A stretch of 64,000 nucleotides of DNA from Solobacterium sp. UBA3303 (lineage in GTDB: Bacteria; Bacillota_I; Bacilli_A; Erysipelotrichales; Erysipelotrichaceae). Position numbers and translations under genes: made by a program. Positions 41,024 through 51,419 of this stretch are shown in pieces. The notes beneath the pieces were generated by a model that had not been told where the DNA came from, ran no database searches, and worked only from the letters and a program-made list of their open reading frames with translations. Within the stretch, counting starts at the first letter, position 1, and each line of letters opens with the position of its first letter. Location of the stretch: positions 1,567 through 65,566 of the forward strand of contig DESX01000013.1 in the NCBI GenBank assembly GCA_002362065.1. Direction: 5' to 3'.

Positions 41024-42088
41024 ATGCGGATAATCATTGAGGGTGTGATCTATTTCTATCTGTTCATTTGTGCGGCACTTCTTCTTTTCAATGTGATCTA
41101 CATCTACCGGCAGACACAGAAAGAGAAAAACAAGGAAAAACGGATCGAAAGCTGGAAACAGAAACTGAAAAAAGACAAACAGAATACGATCCTGGATGAT
41201 AAGACCGTTGAAAAACTCAAGGATGCACAGCATCTGACTGGTCTTTACAATGCGATGGACGCAGTGCTCAAAGACAAGAAGAAACGTCTGACCTTCTACA
41301 AGAAGAACATGGCCGCTTTTCAGAAGCTGGCTCTGGAATATGAAAAACATAATGCCATGGAGAAGGCCTTCTTTGCCTATGTGCTGGCTTCCTTCGAATT
41401 CGACGGTACCGCAAACGAGGGCATCATGTCGCAGATCATGCTGCAGTGCTTTGAAGATTCAACGATCTACTGCAGAGAGAATCTTTTACACGCTTTGTAT
41501 GCGTTAGGAAAGAGCCAGGCGATCGAACATGGCTTTGCCTTGCTCAATGAGAATGACTGGTATCATTCGCCAAAGCTGATCGCGGATGGATTATTGAAAT
41601 ACAGGGGCGATCAGAAGGAACTGTGCGAACGCTTGTGGCGTCACCACGATGAATGGCGCGATTATCTTTTAGTCGGTGTCGTTCAATACGCCTCCATGTG
41701 CAAGGATGATTTCTTCAACGATGAACTGTTAAAAGATCTGCAGGACAAGGATACGCAGGATGAAGTCCGTTTTGCGATCATCCGTTATTTCATGCACCAC
41801 AAGGATGAAAAGATCCTGCCGCTTCTTTTAAGCTATGCCAGGGAAGAAGGGACCGATGACCGCTTTGCGATCCCGGCCTGTCTGAGCCTGCAGTCTTATC
41901 CTTGTGAAGAAAGCATCGATGCCCTGTGTCAGGCGATGCATTCAAGAAACTGGTATGTGCGTAAAAATGCTGTGATCTCTTTATATAAACTCAAAGCCGA
42001 CAAAAAAGCCTCCGAAAATCTGGGGGATGACCGTTATGCAAGAGAGATGTTTGAATATGTCGGCGCATCTTTGAAGGAGGCCGCATGA
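41024..42088 (+). CDS. Membrane-anchored HEAT-repeat protein
   Basis: N-terminal TM; helical repeats DEVRFAII and NWYVRKNAVISL. Confidence 0.8.
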   Translation: MRIIIEGVIYFYLFICAALLLFNVIYIYRQTQKEKNKEKRIESWKQKLKKDKQNTILDDKTVEKLKDAQHLTGLYNAMDAVLKDKKKRLTFYKKNMAAFQKLALEYEKHNAMEKAFFAYVLASFEFDGTANEGIMSQIMLQCFEDSTIYCRENLLHALYALGKSQAIEHGFALLNENDWYHSPKLIADGLLKYRGDQKELCERLWRHHDEWRDYLLVGVVQYASMCKDDFFNDELLKDLQDKDTQDEVRFAIIRYFMHHKDEKILPLLLSYAREEGTDDRFAIPACLSLQSYPCEESIDALCQAMHSRNWYVRKNAVISLYKLKADKKASENLGDDRYAREMFEYVGASLKEAA

Positions 42089-43488
42089 GCACAATGGTCA
42101 ATGCGATCCTGAAATTCGGTCAGGTCTTCTTCCTGATCTATCTGATGATCTATGCGTCCTATCTTTTCCTTTCGGTCGCGGTCGGTGCCAACAAGCTCTA
42201 TAAGGAAGACCATCGCCGCAGCATCAAGAACGAACTCAAACACGATTACTATTTCCCGGTATCGATCTTAGTACCGGCCTATAACGAGGAAGTCACGATC
42301 ATCGAAAGTGTGGAATCTTTGCTGAGCCTTGATTACCGGCTTTATGAAGTCATCGTCGTCGATGACGGATCCAAGGATGATACCGCAAAAGTTCTGATCG
42401 ATCACTTCCATATGCACAAGGTCTCCAAGCCGATCCGCATTGCCGTACCTTGTAAGCCGATCCTGGAGGTCTATGAGGCTCCGGGCACCAAAAAGAAACT
42501 GACGCTGATCCGCAAAGTAAACGGCGGAAAGGGCGATGCCTTAAATGTAGGCATCAACGCTTCCCAGTATCCGTATTTTGTCTGTATCGATGCAGACTCG
42601 ATGCTGCAGACCGACTCTTTGACCCGTATCATTCAGCCGGCCATGGAAGATGATGATATCGTGGCTGTCGGCGGACTGATCCGTGTGGCACAGTGTGTCC
42701 GTTTTGACGGCGACAAGGTCTCATACCACCTCTCTGACAATTTCTTAGCTTCCATGCAGGTCATGGAATACGACCGTTCCTTCCTGGCTTCAAGGATCTT
42801 ACTGGATGGATTCAACGGCAACCTGATCATTTCCGGTGCCTTTGGCCTGTTCAAGAAGGATGTCGTCATTGCGGCGGGCGGTTATGCCAACAACACGCTG
42901 GGTGAAGATATGGAACTCGTCGCAAAGCTGCACGTCTTCTGCCGCAACAATAATATGCGCTATTCGATCCGCTATGAACCGAATGCCATCTGCTGGTCGC
43001 AGGCTCCTGCTTCTTTAGGCGATCTGATGAAACAGAGACGAAGATGGCACCTGGGTCTGTTCCAGTGCATGACCAGATACGGCTTCATGTTTGGCAAACT
43101 GCGCTATGGACTGGTCGGAACCGTCTCGTATTTCTACTATCTGATGTATGAGCTGTATTCGCCGTTCATCGAAGTCTTCGGTTTATTCGTGACTTTGCTG
43201 GCATTATTCAATGGCCAGCTCAATATACCGTTCCTGATCCGTTTCCATCTTCTGTTTGCGATCTACGGTTCGATCTTAACGATCACCGCATTCTTCCAGA
43301 GGATCTATACGCAAAACCTGAAGATCTCACGAAGCGACCTGTACCGGGCCATACTGATGTGTTTTATTGAAAACATCTTCTTCCGTTTCGTTCTCGATTA
43401 TGTGCGTTTCAATGCCTTTTTAGGCTATGGCAAAAACAAGAACAACTGGGGCTCGATCAAGCGTTTCAAACACTCGGAGGCAAAATAA
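42085..43488 (+). CDS. Processive GT2 polysaccharide synthase (PgaC/IcaA/chitin-synthase-like)
   Basis: PAYNEE, DDGS, GGKGDALN, DAD, GED, QRRRW; N- and C-terminal TM helices. Confidence 0.92.
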   Translation: MSTMVNAILKFGQVFFLIYLMIYASYLFLSVAVGANKLYKEDHRRSIKNELKHDYYFPVSILVPAYNEEVTIIESVESLLSLDYRLYEVIVVDDGSKDDTAKVLIDHFHMHKVSKPIRIAVPCKPILEVYEAPGTKKKLTLIRKVNGGKGDALNVGINASQYPYFVCIDADSMLQTDSLTRIIQPAMEDDDIVAVGGLIRVAQCVRFDGDKVSYHLSDNFLASMQVMEYDRSFLASRILLDGFNGNLIISGAFGLFKKDVVIAAGGYANNTLGEDMELVAKLHVFCRNNNMRYSIRYEPNAICWSQAPASLGDLMKQRRRWHLGLFQCMTRYGFMFGKLRYGLVGTVSYFYYLMYELYSPFIEVFGLFVTLLALFNGQLNIPFLIRFHLLFAIYGSILTITAFFQRIYTQNLKISRSDLYRAILMCFIENIFFRFVLDYVRFNAFLGYGKNKNNWGSIKRFKHSEAK

Positions 43489-43494
43489 AGCAAC

Positions 43495-44253
43495 ATGAAA
43501 AAGAAAAAATTCTCATTCCTCAAACTGATCCTGGGCATACTCGTGGTCTTTTTGCTGTTGTGTGCAGGCGGTGTTTTTTACATCTATCAGAAAGTCAATG
43601 ACATCGGAAAATACAAGGATGAATTATCCTATGATTATCAATCGAAGATGGCTGAAAACGAAGGGAAGACCTTTGAAGACTTCATCTTCTACGATAAAGA
43701 GGCGATGGTCTTTGAATATAAAGTTCCTGCCTATTTTCTCTATGAGATCATCAATGAAGAGTCGATGGCTGAAATACTTGCCCTTCCTGAAGAACTTGAG
43801 ATCGCCGATGTCGGCGTGAAGCTGATGTTTGAAGAAAAGGAAGCTGACATCTATCTTTCCTTGAAATACCGCAATCTGATCAACACCTGTCTTGTTATTA
43901 AAACGGATATGCGTCTGAAAGAAGATCAGAGCGCTGTACAGCTTCTTTACAGAGATCTCTTTGTGATCGATGAGGAAGTCAGTGAATACGTCAGACAGAA
44001 CGTCCTGATGGAAAAGGGCACATTGTTATTTGAACACAAGTTCCCTGTCCATGTGCCATACTACAGAATGCCGGATTATCGCCCTGCTTTCATCCATGAT
44101 CTGGATTTTGACAAGGAATACATATACGCAAAATATGATATTGCCTCGGCAATGAAGGAATACCTTGCCCAGACGGAATATAACGAAGATTCCTTTGAAG
44201 AATGCATGGAGAAGGTGTACCTCGAAGTGCGTATGAACGGGATCGCCCATTGA
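43495..44253 (+). CDS. Membrane-anchored hypothetical protein
   Basis: Basic N-terminus plus one TM; 6 nt after the GT2 stop; SD ggagg. Confidence 0.7.
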   Translation: MKKKKFSFLKLILGILVVFLLLCAGGVFYIYQKVNDIGKYKDELSYDYQSKMAENEGKTFEDFIFYDKEAMVFEYKVPAYFLYEIINEESMAEILALPEELEIADVGVKLMFEEKEADIYLSLKYRNLINTCLVIKTDMRLKEDQSAVQLLYRDLFVIDEEVSEYVRQNVLMEKGTLLFEHKFPVHVPYYRMPDYRPAFIHDLDFDKEYIYAKYDIASAMKEYLAQTEYNEDSFEECMEKVYLEVRMNGIAH

Positions 44254-44288
44254 ATGTATAATAGAATCGTTAAGAGGAGAATTACTGT

Positions 44289-44801
44289 ATGAAAACTTTG
44301 ATCGCTTATTTCTCGCATATCGGCGAAAATCTTCAGAACAATGAGATCGTTGAACTGAAGAAAGGCAATACGGAAGTCGTTGCAGAAAAACTGCAGCAGC
44401 TCACAGGCGGTGATCTTTACAAGATCGAGGAAGAAGAAGCATATCCTTACAAATATGACGACTGCTTAAGAAGAGCGAGAAGGGAAGATGAAAACAATGA
44501 GCACCCTGCTTTAAAGGGCGGTGTCAAACTGAATATGGACGACTACGATGAAGTCTACATCGGTTTCCCGATCTGGTATCGCACATACCCGAGAGCCGTC
44601 GCAACATTCTTAGGAATGTATGATTTTTCCGGCAAGACCGTTTATCCGTTCTGCACCAATGATGAAGGAACGTTCGGCATTTCTTTATTGGAGATGCAGG
44701 GAAGCATCAAAGGCGCTGAGATCTGCGATGGACTTGCAATCCGCGGTGTCGATGTGAACAATTCCGATGCCCGCATCCGGGCATATGTAGGTCTCTTATG
44801 A
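44289..44801 (+). CDS. Flavodoxin-like protein
   Basis: AYFS..G, GNT..VA, GFPIWY, PFCT motifs. Confidence 0.88.
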   Translation: MKTLIAYFSHIGENLQNNEIVELKKGNTEVVAEKLQQLTGGDLYKIEEEEAYPYKYDDCLRRARREDENNEHPALKGGVKLNMDDYDEVYIGFPIWYRTYPRAVATFLGMYDFSGKTVYPFCTNDEGTFGISLLEMQGSIKGAEICDGLAIRGVDVNNSDARIRAYVGLL

Positions 44802-45637
44802 GAAGAAAAGACGCAGTCTTACTGAACGATCCCGATCCGTTTCATTCGATCGTTCCCTATGTGATGCCAAAGCGCACGGAAGCGGAAGTTTCCACGACCT
44901 GCACCTTTGATATTACGGATCTTCTTTCGATGATCAAGAAGGACAACGAAGAAAAGGGGACCAACTACAAGCTGTTTCATTGCATCTGCACGGCCATCGG
45001 CAAGACGATCTATCATCGTCCGAAGATGAACATCTTCATCGCCGGCCGCAAGTTCTGGCAAAGGAATGACATTACCCTGTCTTTCGTTGCCAAGCAGAGG
45101 TTCGCCGATGAGGCGGAAGAGACGCTGATGACCCTCAAGGTCAAAGAGGACATGGATCTTGATCAGATCTCAAAGATCATCCTGGGCGATGTGAAAAAGG
45201 CAAGAAGTGCCGGCACCAATTCTCTGGACAAGACGATGGAGATCGTCGGCAAGCTGCCGCGTTTCGTTCTGGAGATCTTCTTCTGGATACTCAGCCGCAT
45301 GGAATACCATGGCGTCTATCCGCAGGACCTTGCCAAAGGCGATCCGAATTATACGACCTGCCTGCTTTCAAACCTTGGTTCGATCGGTGCGGATTCCTGT
45401 TATCACCATCTGTCCAACTTCGGTACCAATTCGATGATGGGCACGATCGGTACGATCTATCAGGATGACAAGGGAAGAGACAAAGTCGAGATGACGATCA
45501 CGCTCGATGAAAGGATCGCGGACGGTTTCTATTTCGCAAGATCCCTGAAACTCTTGAAGTACCTTATGGAACATCCGCAGCTTCTGAAAGAAAAGATCGC
45601 CGATCCGATCCCGGAAGAGATCATGAAGAGTTTATAA
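44798..45637 (+). CDS. Stand-alone 2-oxoacid dehydrogenase E2-like acyltransferase catalytic domain
   Basis: SNLGSIG and DERIADG; no lipoyl domain. Confidence 0.8.
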   Translation: MRRKDAVLLNDPDPFHSIVPYVMPKRTEAEVSTTCTFDITDLLSMIKKDNEEKGTNYKLFHCICTAIGKTIYHRPKMNIFIAGRKFWQRNDITLSFVAKQRFADEAEETLMTLKVKEDMDLDQISKIILGDVKKARSAGTNSLDKTMEIVGKLPRFVLEIFFWILSRMEYHGVYPQDLAKGDPNYTTCLLSNLGSIGADSCYHHLSNFGTNSMMGTIGTIYQDDKGRDKVEMTITLDERIADGFYFARSLKLLKYLMEHPQLLKEKIADPIPEEIMKSL

Positions 45638-45657
45638 GCCGCTGCTGCGGCTTTTTT
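45636..45657 (+). terminator. Intrinsic terminator
   Basis: aagccgc-tgct-gcggctttttt. Confidence 0.85.
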
Positions 45658-45741
45658 CGTGCGCAGACAATTTCGTTTATCACAGGTATCGTTTTTCTTA
45701 TATAATGTAAGAGGTTACATTTAAGGAGATTTTGTATCATT

Positions 45742-47148
45742 ATGACTAAAATCGAAAAGGAAAAGCGTGAGCTGGAACGTCTGGAGAGAGCTGAAGCTTT
45801 TCACAATCACAAACACTATTTTGCGATCCTCATCGTCGTTTTAAGTATCGTCTATATCGTCGATGAGCTCGCTTCTTCCGTTCGTGGTGTCGTTGAAGTA
45901 CAGACGATCCGCGATCTGTTCAACGTCGTCTATCCGTCTTCGGATTACGACAAGGCGACAGCAACTTTGGGCTTTGTCACGATGGCCGGCTATCTGAGCT
46001 ATCTGATCTCGCCGTTCTACAAGTCACTCGCTGACCGCTGGGGCAGAAAGCCGTTTTTGATCATCAACACCTTAGGCATGGGCTTAGGCATGTTGCTGTG
46101 CATCATTTCAAAGTCCGTTGCCGTCTACATCATCGGTACGGTCGTATTGACATTCTTCACGCCGAACGATGTACAGGTCATCTACATCATGGAATGTGCC
46201 CCGACGGAACACCGCGCAAAACTCTGCTCGATCACCAAGGGTCTGGCACTGATCTCCGTATCTTCATTAGGTCTTTTCGTCAAGCTCTTCGTCAACGATG
46301 CCGTACCAAGCACCTGGCGCAATGTCTTCATCATCCCGATCATCCTGGCTTTCCTGATCGGTTTTGCGGCGATCTATTTCGTATCCGAAACACCGGTCTT
46401 CACGCAAAGAAGGCTCAAATACCTCAGAAGCAGTGAAGAAGAAAGGATTCAGGCCATCAAGGAAGAACGTGCCAACGAAGAAAAAGAAAAAGAGAAGGCC
46501 GTTTCCGTCTGGGATGCCTTCCGCTATATCCTCGGTCACAAGCAGACCAGAGCCATCGCTTTGGTCGCCTTGCTGATGATGTTTTCGACCGGTTATACCG
46601 GCAAGTATCAGCCGATGCTGGAAGCCGGCAGATACAATGGCGTCATGACGACCGATGCGATCAACGTCGTATTGATGTTTTATCCGGTCATCAACGGTAT
46701 CTTTACGATCATCGGCGGTTTCATCACTGATGCGTTAGGACGCAAGAAGTCCGCTTTGATCCTTGGCTTATGGGCTGCCGTAGGTCTTGGCATCTTCGCG
46801 TATGGCTGCATCCGTCCGATGAATCCTTGGATCATGGGCCTTGCCTATGGTATCTCGATCGCCGGCTTATGGTCGATCTCCGATATGATCTTCTTTGTCA
46901 TCACTTCCGAATCCACACCGACCCAGATGCGTGCTTCCGTCGTCGGTTCCATGCAGCTGATCGGCATGTTTGGTGTCGGTTTCAATATGGTCTACAACAA
47001 CGTCGTCACGATGATCGCCGGTTCGACCAACCTGCCGATGGTCCTGACGATCGCTTACCTGCCTTTGATGGCGATCGCACTTGTCATCATGATGCTTCGC
47101 GTCAAAGAGACCAAGGGCGTCGATCTGGAAAATGTCCAGGTAGATTAA
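45742..47148 (+). CDS. MFS transporter
   Basis: LADRWGRKP, DALGRK, ETKG motifs; 12 TM segments. Confidence 0.88.
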   Translation: MTKIEKEKRELERLERAEAFHNHKHYFAILIVVLSIVYIVDELASSVRGVVEVQTIRDLFNVVYPSSDYDKATATLGFVTMAGYLSYLISPFYKSLADRWGRKPFLIINTLGMGLGMLLCIISKSVAVYIIGTVVLTFFTPNDVQVIYIMECAPTEHRAKLCSITKGLALISVSSLGLFVKLFVNDAVPSTWRNVFIIPIILAFLIGFAAIYFVSETPVFTQRRLKYLRSSEEERIQAIKEERANEEKEKEKAVSVWDAFRYILGHKQTRAIALVALLMMFSTGYTGKYQPMLEAGRYNGVMTTDAINVVLMFYPVINGIFTIIGGFITDALGRKKSALILGLWAAVGLGIFAYGCIRPMNPWIMGLAYGISIAGLWSISDMIFFVITSESTPTQMRASVVGSMQLIGMFGVGFNMVYNNVVTMIAGSTNLPMVLTIAYLPLMAIALVIMMLRVKETKGVDLENVQVD

Positions 47149-47149
47149 G

Positions 47150-48109
47150 ATGTTCTGGGTCTTGCTTATACTGATCATCCTGCTGCTGCTTGCATTGGCG
47201 GCAGGATTTGTCATTTTCAATTCGGTCTTTCTTTACAACGACCAAAACAAGGGCGATGATTCTTCTGCACTCGATCCTTCTTCGATCGATTCCGACAGCG
47301 ACCTGATGCGCCCGACGGCCGGAAAGTATTACGCTTTTCGTGCGCCTTACATCAAGAAATTCAATGAACTTCCTTTGAAGGAATTATCGATCACGTCATT
47401 CGATGATCTGAAACTCTACGGTTATCTGCTGGAAGGTGATCCGAAGGAAGTCGTCATCTGTGTCCATGGCTATAAATCCTCGATGCAGGAAGATTTTGCC
47501 GACCGCGTATCCATCTACCTGGAGAGAGGTTCGACGATCCTGCTTCTGAATGACCGTGCCCATGGCAAATCGGAAGGCAAGTATCTCGGCTTCTCCGAAC
47601 ACGACAAACGTGATGTGGCCAAGTGGGTCGATCTGATCAATGAAATGTATGATGAACCGCGTATCTACCTGCATGGTGTATCCATGGGCGGTGCGACCGT
47701 CATCCATTGTGCCAATTCGAAACTGAAGAACGTCAAAGGCATCATCGATGACTGCGGCTTTGATTCGATCGAAGGCATCTCCAAATATCTGATCAAGGAC
47801 GTCTATCATCTGCCTTACTTCCCGTTTGGCGATCTCGCCTGGTTCTGGTCCGTGGTCATCACCGGCGTGAGCTTCAATACCTCAAAGGGCGAAGAGTGCG
47901 TAAGGGATACGGATATCCCGATCCTGTTCATCCATGGCAAGGAAGACCATTTCGTTCCTTGTTTCATGTCAGAGAAGATGTATGAGGCTTGCGTTTCGCC
48001 AAAGGAACTGCATCTGATCGAAGGCTGCGGCCATGCGGCAGCCTATATGATGGCGACTGAAGAATATACAGAAGCAGTCAACAGATTGCTTGACGGAGGA
48101 TTCAAGTGA
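47150..48109 (+). CDS. Alpha/beta hydrolase (esterase)
   Basis: HGY, HGKSEG, GVSMGG, HGKEDHFVP, GCGH motifs. Confidence 0.9.
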   Translation: MFWVLLILIILLLLALAAGFVIFNSVFLYNDQNKGDDSSALDPSSIDSDSDLMRPTAGKYYAFRAPYIKKFNELPLKELSITSFDDLKLYGYLLEGDPKEVVICVHGYKSSMQEDFADRVSIYLERGSTILLLNDRAHGKSEGKYLGFSEHDKRDVAKWVDLINEMYDEPRIYLHGVSMGGATVIHCANSKLKNVKGIIDDCGFDSIEGISKYLIKDVYHLPYFPFGDLAWFWSVVITGVSFNTSKGEECVRDTDIPILFIHGKEDHFVPCFMSEKMYEACVSPKELHLIEGCGHAAAYMMATEEYTEAVNRLLDGGFK

Positions 48110-49881
48110 GATATCTCGGTGTCGATTACTACCCCGAACAGTGGGGCATGGAGATGGTCGATGAAGACCTCGATAATATAAAGGAACTTGGCGCAGATCT
48201 GATCCGGATCGGCGATTTTGCCTGGGACCGCTTTGAACCGGAAGAAGGGAAATATGAGTTTTCCTTCTTTGATGAAGTCATCGAAAAGGCGAAGAAACAC
48301 GGCCTGAAAGTCATGATGTGCGTGCCGACCGCCACAATGCCGGCCTGGCTCTATCACAAGTATCCCGAGGTCATGAACGTCGATGAGAAGGGCTACGCAC
48401 AGCCTTATGGGGCAAGAAGGGGCTACTGCTACAACAGCGAGGTCTATATTCAAAAGGCCGTTGCTTTAGCGGAACAGCTCGCAGATCACTACAAGGATGA
48501 AGATGCGATCGTCGCCTGGCAGGTCGACAATGAACTTGGCCACGAAGGATCGGACAAGTGCTATTGCGAAAACTGTCAAAAGAGCTTTACTTCGTATCTG
48601 AAGGAAAAATACAAGGATATCGCTGAGCTCAACTACAGATGGGGAACTTCCTTCTGGAGCCAGACCTACAATGACTTTGAGCAGATCTGTGTGCCTTGGC
48701 CCGGCTTTACGCCGCAGAATCCGTCGCTGCGTCTGGAGTATGCAAGATTTCGCAACGAGTCGGCAGTGAGATACATCAAGGCACTTGTGGATGCGGTCAA
48801 AAAACATGATCATAAACATCCGGTGAGCCACGACTTTGAAGGTGGCATCATCAACAAGAATTTCTCACCGTTTGAGGTGGCAAAAAACCTTGATTTTGTT
48901 TCCTACAACAATTACCCGGTCTGGGGCGGTCAGAAGGAACCGCTGAGCGACAGCGATCTGTCCTTCTCGCTTGCCTTTGCCCGAGGCTTCAAAAACGAAG
49001 CATTCTGGGTGACCGAATCCATCATGGGCCAGCAGGGCCACAACGATATCGGTTATGCCCCAAAACCAAACGAGGCGAAAAAGTGGGCACTCGATTCTCT
49101 TGATGAAGGTGTGGAAAGTCTGATCTTCTTCCGTTACCGCGGATTTACCAAGGGTGCGGAACAGTTCTGTTTTGGCATACTCGATGCCGACAATGAAAAA
49201 CGAAGGAAGTATTACGAGACCAAAGCCTTCTTTGAAGAAGCCAGGAAGAAAGAAGTCGGCTGTCCGAAGAATGATGTGTGCATCGTCTACGATTACGATT
49301 CCAAGTCTTCAATGGCTTTACAGAGACAATCCAACGTCTTCTCCTATGAAAAGGAGTGTCAGAAGCTTTACAGACAGCTTTACAAGCGAGGGATCGGCTG
49401 CGATGTCATTGATTCGTCCTGCGATCTGAATAAATACAAGATCGTCCTTCTTCCATACATGATCATCATGTCCGATGATTTCAAAAAGAAGCTGAAGGAA
49501 TACTGCTTCAACGGCGGAATTGCCGTTCTGACGGCCCGCAGCGCCTGGAAGGACAAGGACAACAACCTCGTCTTCGGCAAACGCCTGCCGGTTGGTCTGG
49601 AAGATCTTTGCGGCTGTGTGATCGAAGAACACGAATCCTTGCTGGATGGCCAGTCGTCACTTTGTGAGATGAACGGTCTTGAAGGAAGAGGCTTCGTCTT
49701 TGAGGAACTGCTGGAACTGCGGGGTGGCACGCCGTTAGTCATGTGGAAAGACAATCCGTTTGGTGATTTTGCGGCTGCGGTAAGGAATGACTATGGAAAA
49801 GGCCGTGCCTACTACCTGGGTTCTTCCTTTGAAGAAGCGGTCCTTGACAGATTGTTTGATGAGATACTTGAGGAGCTTTAA
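48106..49881 (+). CDS. GH42 beta-galactosidase
   Basis: DYYPEQW, FAW..EP, WQVDNE, CYCENC, WVTE, GAEQF motifs. Confidence 0.92.
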   Translation: MRYLGVDYYPEQWGMEMVDEDLDNIKELGADLIRIGDFAWDRFEPEEGKYEFSFFDEVIEKAKKHGLKVMMCVPTATMPAWLYHKYPEVMNVDEKGYAQPYGARRGYCYNSEVYIQKAVALAEQLADHYKDEDAIVAWQVDNELGHEGSDKCYCENCQKSFTSYLKEKYKDIAELNYRWGTSFWSQTYNDFEQICVPWPGFTPQNPSLRLEYARFRNESAVRYIKALVDAVKKHDHKHPVSHDFEGGIINKNFSPFEVAKNLDFVSYNNYPVWGGQKEPLSDSDLSFSLAFARGFKNEAFWVTESIMGQQGHNDIGYAPKPNEAKKWALDSLDEGVESLIFFRYRGFTKGAEQFCFGILDADNEKRRKYYETKAFFEEARKKEVGCPKNDVCIVYDYDSKSSMALQRQSNVFSYEKECQKLYRQLYKRGIGCDVIDSSCDLNKYKIVLLPYMIIMSDDFKKKLKEYCFNGGIAVLTARSAWKDKDNNLVFGKRLPVGLEDLCGCVIEEHESLLDGQSSLCEMNGLEGRGFVFEELLELRGGTPLVMWKDNPFGDFAAAVRNDYGKGRAYYLGSSFEEAVLDRLFDEILEEL

Positions 49882-49892
49882 AGCTCCTTTTT
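49871..49892 (+). terminator. Intrinsic terminator
   Basis: aggagct-ttaa-agctcct followed by a T tract. Confidence 0.7.
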
Positions 49893-49936
49893 ATAAAATG
49901 GTGTTTTACATATAATAGAGACAGGAGATTAAGAAT

Positions 49937-51361
49937 ATGTTTAAAACGATCGAACAGGCAAAAAAATATATTGCAGAAAACGATATCCGTTTCATCGACC
50001 TCAAACTCGTCGACCTTCGCGGACGTTTCCGCCACATTTCCATCCCGGCGGAACGACTGACAGAAAAGCTGATGGAAGACGGCATCGGTTTTGATGCATC
50101 CAACTACGGCTATGCCAGAGTTGAAAAATCGGATATGGTCTTTTATCCGGATCTGCAAAGTGCGTATCTTGAACCTTACGCAAAGGCAAAGACCCTTTCG
50201 ATGATGGCGAATGTCTATGTCATCGGTGAAAAGAACGTGCCGTTTGAACAGTATCCGCGCAACGTGATCCGGGCGGCAGTGGATCTGATGAAGAAGGAAG
50301 GTGTTGGTGATGAATTCATCATCGGTCCGGAATACGAGTTTTCCGTATTTGATACGATGACCTATAAAGTCTCGGGCAATGAAGTTTCCTATCAGCTGAC
50401 AAGCGAAGAATCCGAATGGTCTTCAAACGCCGAAGGAAGCAGCGGCTATCACACTTTGGGCAAAGGCGGCTATCACTACGATCAGCCGGCTGACATCAAC
50501 TTCGATCTGAGAAATGAGATCTGTGAGAAGATGAAGGACTGCGGCATCCGGGTGAAATACCATCATCATGAAGTCGGCGGCAGCGGACAGATGGAGATCG
50601 AGGTGGAACTTGATGAAGTCTGCAAGCTCGCCGATGATACGATGCTGAGCAAGTATCTGATCCGCAATTGCGCAAAGGCGTATGGCAAGACTGCGACCTT
50701 CATGCCAAAACCGATCTTTGATGAAGCAGGAAACGGCATGCATGTACACATGATCGTCAGAAAAGACAAGGAAAACGTCTTCTATGAAAAGGGCAATTAT
50801 GCCGATCTTTCCAAGACGGCCATGTATTTCATCGGCGGATTATTGAAGCATATCGGATCCTTATGCGCATTTTGCGATCCTTCGACCAATTCCTACAAGA
50901 GACTGGTACCGGGCTTTGAAGCACCGGTCACCGTCGGTTATGCCAGCGCCAACCGTTCTGCGGTGATCCGTATCCCGAGCTACGCCAAGAGCAAGGACGT
51001 CGTCCGCTTCGAACTGCGCAATCCGGATGCGACCTGCAATCCATACTTCGCCTATGCGGCGATACTGATGGCGGGACTCGATGGCATCCGCAACAGGATC
51101 GATCCAAATGATCACAACTGGGGACCATTCGACTTCAACCTCTACAATCTGAGTGATGAGGAAAAGGCGAAGCTCGAACATTTGCCGACTTCTTTAGATG
51201 AAGCGATTCAGGCCTTAAGAGACGACCATGACTACCTGCTTGAAGGAAATGTCTTCTCTAGTCAGATCATCGAAAACTGGATCAAGGCCATCACAAAGGA
51301 AAGGAACGAGATCGAAAAGATCCCGCATCCAGGTGAGTTCAGGCTCTATTACGATCTGTAG
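49937..51361 (+). CDS. glnA: Glutamine synthetase type I
   Basis: FDAS, GPEYEF, HHEV, TFMPKP, GNGMH, NSYKRLVPGFEAP, NRSA motifs. Confidence 0.96.
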   Translation: MFKTIEQAKKYIAENDIRFIDLKLVDLRGRFRHISIPAERLTEKLMEDGIGFDASNYGYARVEKSDMVFYPDLQSAYLEPYAKAKTLSMMANVYVIGEKNVPFEQYPRNVIRAAVDLMKKEGVGDEFIIGPEYEFSVFDTMTYKVSGNEVSYQLTSEESEWSSNAEGSSGYHTLGKGGYHYDQPADINFDLRNEICEKMKDCGIRVKYHHHEVGGSGQMEIEVELDEVCKLADDTMLSKYLIRNCAKAYGKTATFMPKPIFDEAGNGMHVHMIVRKDKENVFYEKGNYADLSKTAMYFIGGLLKHIGSLCAFCDPSTNSYKRLVPGFEAPVTVGYASANRSAVIRIPSYAKSKDVVRFELRNPDATCNPYFAYAAILMAGLDGIRNRIDPNDHNWGPFDFNLYNLSDEEKAKLEHLPTSLDEAIQALRDDHDYLLEGNVFSSQIIENWIKAITKERNEIEKIPHPGEFRLYYDL

Positions 51362-51419
51362 AGCGCTTTTTCAAGAGACTTGTTATAATAATGAGGTATT
51401 TATTTTTCGGGAGGAATAG

